Counted from the stretch's first letter, positions 18,799 to 28,544 are shown. The stretch is 64,000 bases of DNA from Candidatus Woesearchaeota archaeon (GCA_046704725.1 JBJKRI010000003.1:32001-96000), one strand, 5' to 3'. Program-made: numbers and translations. Notes: a model not told the origin generated them from the sequence alone.

Positions 18799-19433
18799 TG
18801 GCATACGGATACGCATACCAGGGCAGTGGCGAGGTCGCGCGAGGCGTCGCCCTCGACCAGTCCGTCAGCGTGAAGAGCGCTGTCATGGTCGCTGCCTTCG
18901 TCCGCGGCAAGCCCGTCGCTCGTGTCGAGCGCGAGCTCGACGCCGTCATCGCCATGCGCGCAGCGGTCCCCTTCACTCGTTTCAGCGAGGGCGCGGGCCA
19001 CAAGCGCGGCATCGGCCCGGGCAAGTACCCCGTCAAGACCGCGACGGTCTTCCGTCAATTGCTCGCCAGCGTCAAGGCCAATGCCGAGGACCTCGGCATG
19101 GGAGACGACCTCATCGTCATCGGCGCCACCGCTAACAAGGGCGCGGAGCAGCCGCGCTACGGCCGCCACCGCGGACGCGTCGGCAAGGCCACGCACGTCG
19201 AGCTCGTCCTCGCCGAGCGCGAGCCCGGCAAGAAGGCCGCCAAGGCTCCTGCGAAGACCGAGAAGCCCACCAAGGCTCCTGCCAAGAAGGCTGCGAAACC
19301 CGCTCCCAAGAAGCCCGCGGAGAAAGCGCCGGTGAAGGAAGCCGCGAAACCCGCTCCGAAATCTCCCGCCAAGAAAGCGGAGAAGAAGGAACCTGCTCCG
19401 GCGAAGAAAGAATCCAAGGAGGCTGATGCCTGA
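18798..19433 (+). CDS. rpl22: 50S ribosomal protein uL22 with Lys/Ala/Pro-rich tail
   Basis: AVPFTRF, GHKRGIGPGKYPVK, THVELVL. Confidence 0.96.
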   Translation: MAYGYAYQGSGEVARGVALDQSVSVKSAVMVAAFVRGKPVARVERELDAVIAMRAAVPFTRFSEGAGHKRGIGPGKYPVKTATVFRQLLASVKANAEDLGMGDDLIVIGATANKGAEQPRYGRHRGRVGKATHVELVLAEREPGKKAAKAPAKTEKPTKAPAKKAAKPAPKKPAEKAPVKEAAKPAPKSPAKKAEKKEPAPAKKESKEADA

Positions 19434-20164
19434 TGGCCATCGAGCGTAAATTCATCCAGCAGAACATGCGCGAGTTCCGTATCCGCAAGTTCGTCGAGAA
19501 GAACGTGTCCCGCGTCGGATTGTCCGATGTGACTGTCAAGAAGACGCCGATCGGCGACAAGATCGTGATCCGTGCTTCGCGCCCGGGCCTCGTCGTCGGC
19601 CGCGGCGGCAGCAACATCCAGCTGCTCACGCGACAGCTCAAGGAGGAGTTCGAGCTCGACAACCCGCAGATAGAGATTGAGGAGATCGAGAAGCCCGACC
19701 TCGACGCGGACGTCGTGGCTGAGCGCATCCTCAATAGCTTGGAGCGCTTCGGCAGCGGCCGCACGAAAGGCATCGGCTATCGTGCCATGGCCGACAGCAT
19801 GAACTCCGGCGCGCTCGGTATCGAGATTCTCATCTCCGGGAAGATCCCGAGCATGCGCGCCCGCAGCTGGCGGTTCTACAACGGCTATCTGAAGAAAGCG
19901 GGTGACCTCGCTGTCGAAGGCGTCCATCACAGCGTCAAGACGGTCACCCTCAAGTCGGGAGCGGTGGGCATCAAGGTGCGTATCATGCCGCCGGACATCA
20001 CCCTCCCGGATCACATCACACTCACAGAGTCTCCTGTAACAGAGGTCGAGGAGGTCACCGGGAAACCGGAGGCCGCCGAGACCGAAGCGGCCGTAGAGAA
20101 GGCCGAGAAGGCTCCTGAGGACGCGCCGGAAGCCAAGGCATCCGGTGCGGAGGACACCGCATGA
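19433..20164 (+). CDS. rps3: 30S ribosomal protein uS3 with acidic tail
   Basis: MAIERKFI, RPGLVVGRGG, GIKVRIMPP. Confidence 0.97.
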   Translation: MAIERKFIQQNMREFRIRKFVEKNVSRVGLSDVTVKKTPIGDKIVIRASRPGLVVGRGGSNIQLLTRQLKEEFELDNPQIEIEEIEKPDLDADVVAERILNSLERFGSGRTKGIGYRAMADSMNSGALGIEILISGKIPSMRARSWRFYNGYLKKAGDLAVEGVHHSVKTVTLKSGAVGIKVRIMPPDITLPDHITLTESPVTEVEEVTGKPEAAETEAAVEKAEKAPEDAPEAKASGAEDTA

Positions 20165-20346
20165 GGTTCAGCGAACTCTCCGCGCTCTCTCCCGAGGAAC
20201 GGGAGGATAAGCGAAAGGAGATCGAGCTGGAGCTCATGAAGGAGCGCGCGCAGATCGCGAGCGGAACCGCCCCGAAGAATCCGGGGATGATCCGCGAGTA
20301 TCGCAAGACCCTCGCGCGCCTCCAGACACTCGAGAAGACCAAATGA
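20161..20346 (+). CDS. rpl29: 50S ribosomal protein uL29
   Basis: ELMKER, NPGMIREYRKTLARL; operon position. Confidence 0.95.
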   Translation: MRFSELSALSPEEREDKRKEIELELMKERAQIASGTAPKNPGMIREYRKTLARLQTLEKTK

Positions 20347-20654
20347 GCAAGATATGCCCAACCTGCGGACTCCCTGAAGAACTGTGCGTATGCCAGGATA
20401 TCGCCAAGGAGTCGCAGCGGATCACGGTCTCGATCGAGAAGAAGCGGTTCAGCAAGGAGTACACCGTCATCGAGGGTATCGATGCCGGTGAGATCGACGT
20501 CAAGGAACTGGCGAAGACCCTCAAGCACAAGTTCGCGTGCGGAGGGACGGCCAAGGGCGGTCGGATCGAGCTCCAGGGCAACCACCTCAACGAGGTGGGC
20601 GCCGTGCTCATGGACCAGGGCTTCTCGCCAGAGACCATCGACGTGAAGCGATGA
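20343..20654 (+). CDS. translation initiation factor aIF1/SUI1
   Basis: CPTCGLPEELCVC, KFACGGT, IELQGNH. Confidence 0.96.
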   Translation: MSKICPTCGLPEELCVCQDIAKESQRITVSIEKKRFSKEYTVIEGIDAGEIDVKELAKTLKHKFACGGTAKGGRIELQGNHLNEVGAVLMDQGFSPETIDVKR

Positions 20655-20917
20655 TCCGCCACGACCTCATCGGTCGCAGGATCGTCGTCCTCGAGGCGTC
20701 AAACAAGGACCTCGTCGGCATCGCCGGCGAGGTGGTCGACGAGACCAAGAACACGCTCCGCGTCCGTACGGACCGGGGCGAGAAGACCGTGCTCAAGGAG
20801 CAGGTGACCATCGACGTCGATGGGACCCGCATCGAGGGCGCGTTGCTCACGCAACGTCCGGAGAAACGGACGAAGCTCAAGCTCAAACGATGGCAACGAA
20901 GAAAACCACCACAGTAA
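20651..20917 (+). CDS. rnp1: RNase P protein component 1 (Rpp29)
   Basis: DLIG, GIAGEVVDETKNTL, RPEKR; canonical position. Confidence 0.93.
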   Translation: MIRHDLIGRRIVVLEASNKDLVGIAGEVVDETKNTLRVRTDRGEKTVLKEQVTIDVDGTRIEGALLTQRPEKRTKLKLKRWQRRKPPQ

Positions 20918-21210
20918 AGCCCGCCGGGACGGCGGCCCGAGACAGCGCGAGCGCTAGCCTGCGCGGAAAGCAGTTCGAGGGCGTCGTCGTATCGGCGAAG
21001 GCGACCAAGACCGTGTCGGTCGAATGGGAGACGCGCTCGTACATCAAGAAGTACGAGCGGTACGAACGCCGACGCTCCAAGGTCGCGGCCCACAACCCCG
21101 AAGGCATCGACGCCAAGGAGGGTGACGTGGTCCGCATCAAGGAGTGCAGGCCGCTCTCCAAGACCAAGCACTTCGTGGTCACCGAGATAATCGAGAGGAA
21201 AGGACAATGA
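20890..21210 (+). CDS. rps17: 30S ribosomal protein uS17
   Basis: KYERYERRRSK, ECRPLSKTKHFVV. Confidence 0.96.
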   Translation: MATKKTTTVKPAGTAARDSASASLRGKQFEGVVVSAKATKTVSVEWETRSYIKKYERYERRRSKVAAHNPEGIDAKEGDVVRIKECRPLSKTKHFVVTEIIERKGQ

Positions 21211-21608
21211 AAGGACTCACGTCATCCGTCACCAAGGGACTGCAAGTCGGCTCCCGCTTGCCGACCGCCGACAATAGCGGAGCGAAGATCGTGGAGATCG
21301 TCTCCGTGCTCGGCGGCAAGACAGTCAAGGGACGCCGCTCGTCGGCTGGCGTCGGCGACATGGTCATTGTGACGGTCAAGAAGGGCCGTCCTGATGTGCG
21401 AAAGCAGGTCATGCACGCCGTCGTGGTGCGCCAGCGCAAGGAGTTCCGCCGCGCTGACGGGATGCACGTGAAGTTCGAGGACAACGCGGTCGTCGTCTGC
21501 AAGGACGAGAAGGGGAACCCGAGAGGGACCATCTTCAAGGGGCCGATAGCAAAGGAAGCAGCGGACCGGTGGCCGCCGGTCGCGAACGTGGCTTCCATCA
21601 TTGTGTGA
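21207..21608 (+). CDS. rpl14: 50S ribosomal protein uL14
   Basis: ADNSGAK, VVRQRKEFRRADG, FEDNA. Confidence 0.97.
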   Translation: MKGLTSSVTKGLQVGSRLPTADNSGAKIVEIVSVLGGKTVKGRRSSAGVGDMVIVTVKKGRPDVRKQVMHAVVVRQRKEFRRADGMHVKFEDNAVVVCKDEKGNPRGTIFKGPIAKEAADRWPPVANVASIIV

Positions 21609-21612
21609 TACT

Positions 21613-21972
21613 ATGAAACAAGGATTCAAGACCGGATGGAACGCGAGCTCCCAAGCGCGCAAGCAGCGTAAGTTCCGAGCGAACGCGCCGTTGCACCGCA
21701 AGAGCGTGTTCCTCAATGCCACGCTCTCCAAGGACCTTCGTGAGAAGCACAAGCGCCGCTCGCTGCGTGTCCGCCAGGGGGACGAGGTCGAGGTGCTCCG
21801 CGGTGCCTTCAAGGGCAAGAAGGGCGTCGTCGACAGCGTGGACACCCGCAACCAGCGCCTGGTCGTCCGCGGCGTCGAGCTCGCCAAGCGCGACGGCTCG
21901 AAGGCGCCGCACCCGGTCAACGTCAGCAACGTCCGCATCACCAAGCTCATCGAAGACAAGAGGAGGATCTGA
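21613..21972 (+). CDS. rpl24: 50S ribosomal protein uL24
   Basis: SQARKQRK, GDEVEVLRGAFKG, SNVRITKL. Confidence 0.96.
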   Translation: MKQGFKTGWNASSQARKQRKFRANAPLHRKSVFLNATLSKDLREKHKRRSLRVRQGDEVEVLRGAFKGKKGVVDSVDTRNQRLVVRGVELAKRDGSKAPHPVNVSNVRITKLIEDKRRI

Positions 21973-22644
21973 ATGGTACGCAATCACCTGAAACGCATCG
22001 CGGCCCCGCGCAGCTGGGCCTTGCACCGCAAGGAGCGCACGTTCATCACGCGCCCGAACCCCGGACGCGCGTTCGGACTCGCCATGCCGCTCAACCACGT
22101 CATGAAGGTGCTGCTCAACAAGGGCCGCACGACAAAGGAGGTCCGTCACATCCTCTTCCACGAGGAGGTACTCGTCAACGGCCGCCGAGAGTTCGACCAC
22201 CGCAGGCCCGTCGGCTTCATGGACGTCATCAGCTTCCCCTCCACCAAGGAGCACTACGCGCTCAGCCTCTCCGCGAGGGGCATCCTGTCGGCCATGCCGC
22301 AAGACGACGCGAAGAAGCGCCTCGTCAAGGTGCGCGGCAAGACCCGCGTCGCGGGAAGGTTCCAGCTCAACTGCCAGGACGGCACGAACATCCTGCTCGA
22401 CAAGGACGCGTACAAGACGGGTGACACGCTCGTCCTCACGGACGGCAAGGTTGCAAAGCACCTTCCGCTCGCCGTCGGCGCGCACATCACGTTGACGGGA
22501 GGGAAGCACCTCGGCAAGAGCGGCGTGGTGAAGAGCCTCGAGGGCGATGACATCGTCTTCGAGAACGAGAACGGCACGTACTCCACGACGCGAAACCACG
22601 CGTTCGTCACGGGAACCAAGGAACCGGAGGTGCGTCTGCGATGA
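21973..22644 (+). CDS. rps4e: 30S ribosomal protein eS4
   Basis: HLKRIAAPRSW, PVGFMDVI, GGKHLG. Confidence 0.96.
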   Translation: MVRNHLKRIAAPRSWALHRKERTFITRPNPGRAFGLAMPLNHVMKVLLNKGRTTKEVRHILFHEEVLVNGRREFDHRRPVGFMDVISFPSTKEHYALSLSARGILSAMPQDDAKKRLVKVRGKTRVAGRFQLNCQDGTNILLDKDAYKTGDTLVLTDGKVAKHLPLAVGAHITLTGGKHLGKSGVVKSLEGDDIVFENENGTYSTTRNHAFVTGTKEPEVRLR

Positions 22645-23150
22645 ACACGATGCGCGAGGTTCTCCTGGAGAAGGTGACCCTCAACTTCGGCGCCGGCAAG
22701 GATCAGGCACTGCTCGATAAGGGCGCACAGCTCATCGAGATGATCACGGGCATCGCGCCCGTCAGGACCGTCACGCAGGCCCGCATACCTGCCTGGGGAT
22801 TGCGCCCCGGCCTGCCCGTCGGCCTCAAGCTCACGCTCCGCGGCGAGAAGGCCGTGGATGTCGCTTCGCGCCTGCTCGAGGCGCGCGAGCGCAAGCTCAA
22901 GGATTCCTGCGTGGACGACAACGGGAACGTCAGCTTCGGATTGACCGAGTACATCGACATCCCCGGCGTCCGCTACGACCCGAAGATCGGTATCATCGGC
23001 TTGCAGGCGTCCATCACGCTCAAGCGTCGCGGCTACCGTGTCGCGCGCAGGAAGATGCGCAATGCCCGAGTGGGAAAAGCGCATCGTATCACCAAGGAGG
23101 AGGCCAAGGAGTTCATGGTCAAACACTTCAAGGTGGAGTTCACGCAATGA
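22641..23150 (+). CDS. rpl5: 50S ribosomal protein uL5
   Basis: [29 protein letters not shown]. Confidence 0.97.
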   Translation: MNTMREVLLEKVTLNFGAGKDQALLDKGAQLIEMITGIAPVRTVTQARIPAWGLRPGLPVGLKLTLRGEKAVDVASRLLEARERKLKDSCVDDNGNVSFGLTEYIDIPGVRYDPKIGIIGLQASITLKRRGYRVARRKMRNARVGKAHRITKEEAKEFMVKHFKVEFTQ

Positions 23151-23377
23151 CCGTCAGCAACTGGAAAAAAGCGTTCAAGCAGCTCAATGCGAAGCCGGCC
23201 GTGAAGCGCAAGTACGTCAAGCACAACAAGCCCGCCGAGCGCGCCCACGGCATCGCGACGCGTGCGTGCGGACACTGCGGTCGTCATCGTGCGCACATCA
23301 ACAAGTACGGCCTGCACCTGTGCAGGCAATGCTTCCGTCAATATGCGAGTGAACTCGGGTTCAAGAAATTCAGGTGA
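23147..23377 (+). CDS. rps14: 30S ribosomal protein uS14 (Zn-binding, N-terminally extended)
   Basis: [22 protein letters not shown]. Confidence 0.95.
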   Translation: MTVSNWKKAFKQLNAKPAVKRKYVKHNKPAERAHGIATRACGHCGRHRAHINKYGLHLCRQCFRQYASELGFKKFR

Positions 23378-23380
23378 AAC

Positions 23381-23773
23381 ATGACGCTCAATAATCCCCT
23401 ATCGAATGTGCTGTCCGCCATCGACAACAGCGAACGCGTCTCCCACAAGGAGATCGAGCTCGGCGTCAACAGCAAGGTCATCCGCACCGTCCTTGACATC
23501 CTCAAGGAGCGCGGTTACGTGACGGGCTACGAGGTCATCGAGGACGGACGCGGCGGTCGCGTCCGCGTCACGCTCGCGGGCACCATCAACCGCGTCGGTG
23601 TCATCACGCCGAGCTTTCCCGTCAAGAAGACGGACTACCAGCGCTTCGAGAAGCGGTACCTGCCCGCGCGCGACTTCGGCATCCTCGTCGTGAGCACGAG
23701 CCGCGGCATGATGACGCACAACGAGGCGAAGGAACTGGGAATCGGAGGACGGCTCATCGCCTATTGCTACTAA
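23381..23773 (+). CDS. rps8: 30S ribosomal protein uS8
   Basis: EKRYLPARDFG, VSTSRGMMTH, GGRLIAYCY. Confidence 0.97.
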   Translation: MTLNNPLSNVLSAIDNSERVSHKEIELGVNSKVIRTVLDILKERGYVTGYEVIEDGRGGRVRVTLAGTINRVGVITPSFPVKKTDYQRFEKRYLPARDFGILVVSTSRGMMTHNEAKELGIGGRLIAYCY

Positions 23774-23777
23774 GACC

Positions 23778-24323
23778 ATGAAATCCACTATCACTGAAGA
23801 ACTGGCCATTCCGGAAGGGATACAGGCGGCCTATCAGGAGAAGGTCTTCTCCGTCACGGGCCCTGCGGGCACCGTGCAGCGCACGCTCTGGCAGCCTCGC
23901 ATCACGCTCTCCGTCTCCGACGGCAGGATCGTCCTCGAGGCCAAGGATGCGTCGCAGCGCGAGAAGCGACACCTCTACACGATGCGCTCGCACATCAGGA
24001 ACATGCTCAAGGGCGCTTCCGAGGGCCACGTCTACCGGCTCAAGGTCTGCTCGGGACACTTCCCCATGAACGTCGCCGTCTCGGGCGACACGCTCACCGT
24101 CAAGAACTTCTTGGGCGAGGCCGTGCCCCGCACCCTCAAGCTCAAGCAGGGCGCCGAGGTCAAGGTCGATGGCGACACCGTCGTCGTCAAGGCCACGAGC
24201 CTCGAGCTCGCGGGCCAGCAGGCCTCTGACATCGAGCAGCTCACGCGCATCACCAACAGGGACCGTCGCATCTTCCAGGACGGATTGTACATCATCGAGA
24301 AGGATGGGGAGGCGGTCCAATGA
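23778..24323 (+). CDS. rpl6: 50S ribosomal protein uL6
   Basis: HFPMNV, KNFLGE, DRRIFQDGLYI. Confidence 0.97.
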   Translation: MKSTITEELAIPEGIQAAYQEKVFSVTGPAGTVQRTLWQPRITLSVSDGRIVLEAKDASQREKRHLYTMRSHIRNMLKGASEGHVYRLKVCSGHFPMNVAVSGDTLTVKNFLGEAVPRTLKLKQGAEVKVDGDTVVVKATSLELAGQQASDIEQLTRITNRDRRIFQDGLYIIEKDGEAVQ

Positions 24324-24838
24324 GGTTCATCAGGCACGCGGCCCACCGCAAGAAGCGTCTCGGCCAGAAGTGGCGCAAGCCCCGCGGCTTGCACAACAAG
24401 ATGCGCGACCATAAGCGTGGCGCATCCCCCATGGTCCAGGACGGCTATCGCACCGACAAGACCAAGCGCGGCAAGCGCAAGGGTTTGCTCGTGACCGTCA
24501 TCCGCACGGAGAGCGACCTCTCTTCGTTGGACCCGAAGGTGCACGGCATCGTGCTCGGTGCTGTCGGCATGCGCAAGAAGCTGTCATTGCTCGACGCGAT
24601 CATCAAGGGAGGCTTCACGCTCCTGACCGGTGATGCTGTCGCGAGCAAGAAGCGCCTCCAGGAGAGCTATGCTGCCCGCCGCTCCGAGGTGGAGCAGAAG
24701 CACGAGGAGCGCAAGGCCAAGCAGGAGGAGCGCGAGAAGAAGGCCGAGAAAGAGGAGCCGAAGAAGGAATCCGACGAGGACGAGGAGAAGTCCAAGGAGG
24801 AGCGCGAGAAGGAGAAGGTCCTGACCAAGGCGAGGTAA
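24320..24838 (+). CDS. rpl32e: 50S ribosomal protein eL32 with charged tail
   Basis: WRKPRGLHNKMR, GYR; operon position. Confidence 0.93.
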   Translation: MRFIRHAAHRKKRLGQKWRKPRGLHNKMRDHKRGASPMVQDGYRTDKTKRGKRKGLLVTVIRTESDLSSLDPKVHGIVLGAVGMRKKLSLLDAIIKGGFTLLTGDAVASKKRLQESYAARRSEVEQKHEERKAKQEEREKKAEKEEPKKESDEDEEKSKEEREKEKVLTKAR

Positions 24839-24842
24839 GACG

Positions 24843-25292
24843 ATGAAGCTCACGACACAAAAACGATTGGCGGCGCAGGTCCTCAAGTGCTCCGCGAAGC
24901 GCATCCGCTTCGACGAGGAGCGTCTCGAGGATATCAGCGAGGCCATCACCAAGCAGGATATCCGCGTCCTCATCAAGGAAAAGGCGATCACTAAGGAGCA
25001 GGAGACCGGCATCAGCCGCGTCCGTGCCAACAAGCGTCGCGTCCAGCGCCGTAAGGGTCGTCAGCAGGGCACCGGCACGCGCAAGGGCACGCGCAATGCC
25101 CGAGCGCCCAGGAAGGACACCTGGATGCTTCGCATCCGCGCCCAGCGCCAGCACTTGCGCGACCTGCGCGAGAACCGGACCATCAGCGACGAGTCGTTCC
25201 GCGACTTGTACGCGAAGGCCAAGGGCGGTTTCTTCAGGAGCCGCAGGCACATCAACTTGTACATCGAAGAGCATAGCATGAGGAGGGGCTGA
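24843..25292 (+). CDS. rpl19e: 50S ribosomal protein eL19
   Basis: QKRLAAQVLK, GTRKGTRNAR, LYAKAKGG. Confidence 0.96.
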   Translation: MKLTTQKRLAAQVLKCSAKRIRFDEERLEDISEAITKQDIRVLIKEKAITKEQETGISRVRANKRRVQRRKGRQQGTGTRKGTRNARAPRKDTWMLRIRAQRQHLRDLRENRTISDESFRDLYAKAKGGFFRSRRHINLYIEEHSMRRG

Positions 25293-25294
25293 AC

Positions 25295-25792
25295 ATGGCA
25301 TCGACACAACGATACACGCTCAAGGCGCGACGCCGAAGGCAGGGAAAGACGGACTATCGCAAGCGGTTGTCGCTCCTCAAGAGCCGGCAGACGCGTCTTG
25401 TCATCCGGAAGAGCAACGCGAACACGACCGTCCAGCTCGTGCGCTACGAGCCCGATGGTGACGTCGTCGTGGCGCAGGCCTCTACCTCGCAGCTCTCTGC
25501 GCTCGGTTGGAAGGGCTCCACGGGGAACCTCCCCGCCGCGTACCTCGCAGGCTATCTCGCCGGCGCGCGCGCGAAGAAGGCCAAGGTGAAGAGTGCGATA
25601 GTGGATATCGGCATGCAGCGCGCTTTCCACGGCGGACGGTTGTTCGCCGCGGTCAAGGGCGTCATCGACGCGGGTGTCTCGGTCGCGGTCAACGAGGAAG
25701 CGCTCCCGTCCGAGGAGCGCGTGTCCGGTGCGCACATCAGCGAGAAGCTCGCATCCCAGGTGGCTGACATCAAGAAGAAGGCAGGTGCATGA
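25295..25792 (+). CDS. rpl18: 50S ribosomal protein uL18
   Basis: RRRQGKTDYRKRL, NLPAAYLAG, KGVIDAG. Confidence 0.96.
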   Translation: MASTQRYTLKARRRRQGKTDYRKRLSLLKSRQTRLVIRKSNANTTVQLVRYEPDGDVVVAQASTSQLSALGWKGSTGNLPAAYLAGYLAGARAKKAKVKSAIVDIGMQRAFHGGRLFAAVKGVIDAGVSVAVNEEALPSEERVSGAHISEKLASQVADIKKKAGA

Positions 25793-26898
25793 TCATGGAA
25801 GAGTGGAAACCCAAGACGGATCTCGGCCGGCGCGTGAAGGCCCGGCAGATCACTGATATCAATGAGATCCTCGATAACGGCTGGACGATCCTCGAGCCGC
25901 AGATCACCGACACTCTGTTGCCTGGCATGGAGCACGACCTGCTCATGATCGGCCAGAGCAAGGGAAAGTTCGGCGGCGGCCGCAGGCGCGTCTTCCGCCA
26001 GACCCAGAAGAAGACCCAGGAGGGCAACAAGCCCCACTTCGCCGCGTACGCCGTCATCGGCAACGGCGACGGTTTCGTCGGCCTCGGCTATGGCAAGGCG
26101 CGCGAGACCGTGCCTGCGCGTGAGAAAGCGGTGCGTCAAGCGAAGATCAATGTCTTCAAGGTCGCTCGTGGCTCCGGCTCGTGGGAGAGTCGTGTCAAGG
26201 AGCCGCACACCGTGCCGTTCTCCGTGGAGGGCCGTTGCGGTTCTGTGCGCGTGCGTCTCATGCCCGCCCCCAAGGGTAAGGGTCTTGTCGCGGAGAAAGA
26301 GGTCCAGAAGATCCTCAAGGCCGCTGGTATCCAGGACGTGTGGATGCAGTCCTTCGGCCAGACCAAGAACAAGGTGAATCTCATCAAGGCGACCGAGCAG
26401 GCCTTGCGCAAGCTCGTCACCACCAAGCTGCGCGACGCGGACATCGCGAACCTCGCGGTCGTCTACGGCAACACCAAGCCACTCGCGATCGCGTCTCCCG
26501 ACGAGATCATGCAGCGCGAGCGTCCCTCGCGCAAGATCTCCGTCGAGAAGCCCGCCAAGAGCGAGGACAAGCCCAAGGCTCCCGCAAAGGGTGCTGCGAA
26601 ACCCGCTCCGAAATCACCCGCGAAGACTGAGCAGGTGAAGGAGGCAAAGGCTCCTGCCAAGAAGGCGGAGCCGGCCAAGAAGCAGACCGCTCCGACGGAG
26701 GCTTCGGGAACGCCCCTCTCAGGGATATCCGGCGTGGGTCCTGCCCGCGTCAAGAAGCTGAACTCTGCCGGAGTCTCTTCGGTGGAGCAGGTCGCGTCCA
26801 TGGAGGTCGCTGACCTCGCCGAGAAGGCCGGTATCGCCGAGGGCAACGCCCAGAACATCATCGAGGCGGCCAAGGACCTGGTCGGAGGCAAGAAATGA
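25789..26898 (+). CDS. rps5: 30S ribosomal protein uS5 with K/A/P linker and C-terminal HhH domain
   Basis: WKPKTDLG, RGSGSWE, MPAPKGKG; tail ISGVGPARVKKL...GIAEGNAQNII. Confidence 0.96.
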   Translation: MIMEEWKPKTDLGRRVKARQITDINEILDNGWTILEPQITDTLLPGMEHDLLMIGQSKGKFGGGRRRVFRQTQKKTQEGNKPHFAAYAVIGNGDGFVGLGYGKARETVPAREKAVRQAKINVFKVARGSGSWESRVKEPHTVPFSVEGRCGSVRVRLMPAPKGKGLVAEKEVQKILKAAGIQDVWMQSFGQTKNKVNLIKATEQALRKLVTTKLRDADIANLAVVYGNTKPLAIASPDEIMQRERPSRKISVEKPAKSEDKPKAPAKGAAKPAPKSPAKTEQVKEAKAPAKKAEPAKKQTAPTEASGTPLSGISGVGPARVKKLNSAGVSSVEQVASMEVADLAEKAGIAEGNAQNIIEAAKDLVGGKK

Positions 26899-27230
26899 TC
26901 GCTGCTGTCCAGATCCGTGGCGGTATCGGCGCGCGCCAGTCCGTCAAGGACACTTTGCGCATGCTCGGTCTCGGTCGCGTCAACAGCTGCGCGCTCTTCG
27001 AGGAGTCGCCCGCCAACCAGGGCATGCTCTTCAAGTGCAAGGATTTCATCGCTTACGGCCCTATCTCCGAGGAGACGGCCAAGAAGGTCCAGAAGCTCAT
27101 GTCGGGAAAGACCGCCCGTCTGCATCCCGCGCGCGGCGGCCTCAAGTCCGTCAAGCGCGCTTATGGCGACGGCGGTGACCTCGGCTCACGCGACGACATG
27201 GACAAGCTTGTCGGGAGGATGCTCCCATGA
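26895..27230 (+). CDS. rpl30: 50S ribosomal protein uL30 (short form)
   Basis: AAVQIRG, DTLRMLGL, RLHPARGG, GDLG. Confidence 0.95.
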   Translation: MIAAVQIRGGIGARQSVKDTLRMLGLGRVNSCALFEESPANQGMLFKCKDFIAYGPISEETAKKVQKLMSGKTARLHPARGGLKSVKRAYGDGGDLGSRDDMDKLVGRMLP

Positions 27231-27730
27231 GCGTGACCAAGCCCAAGAAGGCGCGTCGCTACCGTGGTTCCAAGACCCATGGCGGCGGCAGCATGAAGAA
27301 GCGCCGCGGCGCCGGTCATCGTGGCGGTCGCGGACGCGCGGGCAGCGGAAAGCGCGGCGACGCCAAGAAGCCTTCCTATTGGAAGACCTGGACGATGGGC
27401 GCGCACGGCTTTGTCCCGCACGATCGCGAGCGTTTGCAGATCATGAACCTCTCCGACCTCGAGCGCTACCTGCCCGATCTGGAGAAGGCCGGCTTCGCCA
27501 AGAAGGCCTCCGGCGGTTTCTCGATTGACCTGACCGCAGCGGGGATCGACAAGCTCCTCGGCACGGGCAGCGTCTCGCAGAAGTTCGCCATCACCGTCGA
27601 CGCGGCTTCGGCCAAGGCGGTCGATCGCGTCTCGGCGGCCGGCGGTTCCGTCTCCGTCAAGGAGAAGGTCGTCAAGGCCAAGAAGGCCCCCTCCAAGAAG
27701 AAGCCTGCGGACGACGAGTCCGAGGAGTGA
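27227..27730 (+). CDS. rpl15: 50S ribosomal protein uL15
   Basis: RGSKTHGGG, RGAGHRGGRGRAG, KLLGTG. Confidence 0.96.
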   Translation: MSVTKPKKARRYRGSKTHGGGSMKKRRGAGHRGGRGRAGSGKRGDAKKPSYWKTWTMGAHGFVPHDRERLQIMNLSDLERYLPDLEKAGFAKKASGGFSIDLTAAGIDKLLGTGSVSQKFAITVDAASAKAVDRVSAAGGSVSVKEKVVKAKKAPSKKKPADDESEE

Positions 27731-28453
27731 TCAGAATCTATCAGCTGTGAGGTCCGGTACGGGTTCCCATATTCTGTCTTCTGGAATATAGCCCGCTCGG
27801 GCTCGCCAGTACGCCTTTCGGTGTTCGAGGGTTTGTCCAGGGCTCATCATTCCTTTCTTGGTTATTCTATCGAGTTCTTTTGCTTTCGCTCCGTCGATGA
27901 GGTTTCCGCTCAGATGGAACTGCGCGGTCTGTAGCCGTTGGGTGAGGAGCGTGTCCCGGGGGAAGCGCTCCCACACCGCTTCGAGCGATGTCTCTTTGGC
28001 CATCCGTAGGTAGCGTTGGAAGACATAGTCGAGCTCTCCCAAGGTTTCGGTGATGGGGATGTCATGGTCGAACGCGTAGGGATGATCGGCGAAGTTGCGT
28101 GCGTTGACGATGGCGCAATCGCTGTTCTCGTTGTCTAGCCGGATCCTCGCTCGTTCCAGGCTTGGCATGCTCGCTTCCAGGAAGAATTCCTGATACGTCT
28201 TTCCGGTATGGGAGGTCATTGGTCCGAAGCGTCGGAGGTAGTGGAACGAGAGCGCGCCGTACATGAGGTCTCCTACAGTTATCCCTGTCTCTTGCGCTGT
28301 CTCTTCGACGATGGTGTCGAGCATCGTCTCTTGGTCGTGCTTTCCTCCGGGCAGGCAGTACAGGCCGTTGCCATTGCTGCTGTTCGCGCGGCGGAGGATG
28401 AGCAGCCCTTCGGGCGCTCGCAGAGCGACCCTGATGACGGGGATGATGTCCAT
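27731..28453 (-). CDS. NUDIX-domain protein with unknown C-terminal region
   Basis: LLILRRA, LPGGK...EETAQETGI (imperfect Nudix box), YAFDH; ATG at 28453. Confidence 0.8.
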   Translation of the reverse strand: MDIIPVIRVALRAPEGLLILRRANSSNGNGLYCLPGGKHDQETMLDTIVEETAQETGITVGDLMYGALSFHYLRRFGPMTSHTGKTYQEFFLEASMPSLERARIRLDNENSDCAIVNARNFADHPYAFDHDIPITETLGELDYVFQRYLRMAKETSLEAVWERFPRDTLLTQRLQTAQFHLSGNLIDGAKAKELDRITKKGMMSPGQTLEHRKAYWRARAGYIPEDRIWEPVPDLTADRF

Positions 28454-28544
28454 CCATGTGGGAATCCTCCGGGCCTCATAAAGCCTCTCCCAAGGGTTCT
28501 GGGCAGCGCCAATCTTATAAAGGACGGGCCGGTTTCCGCTTGCT

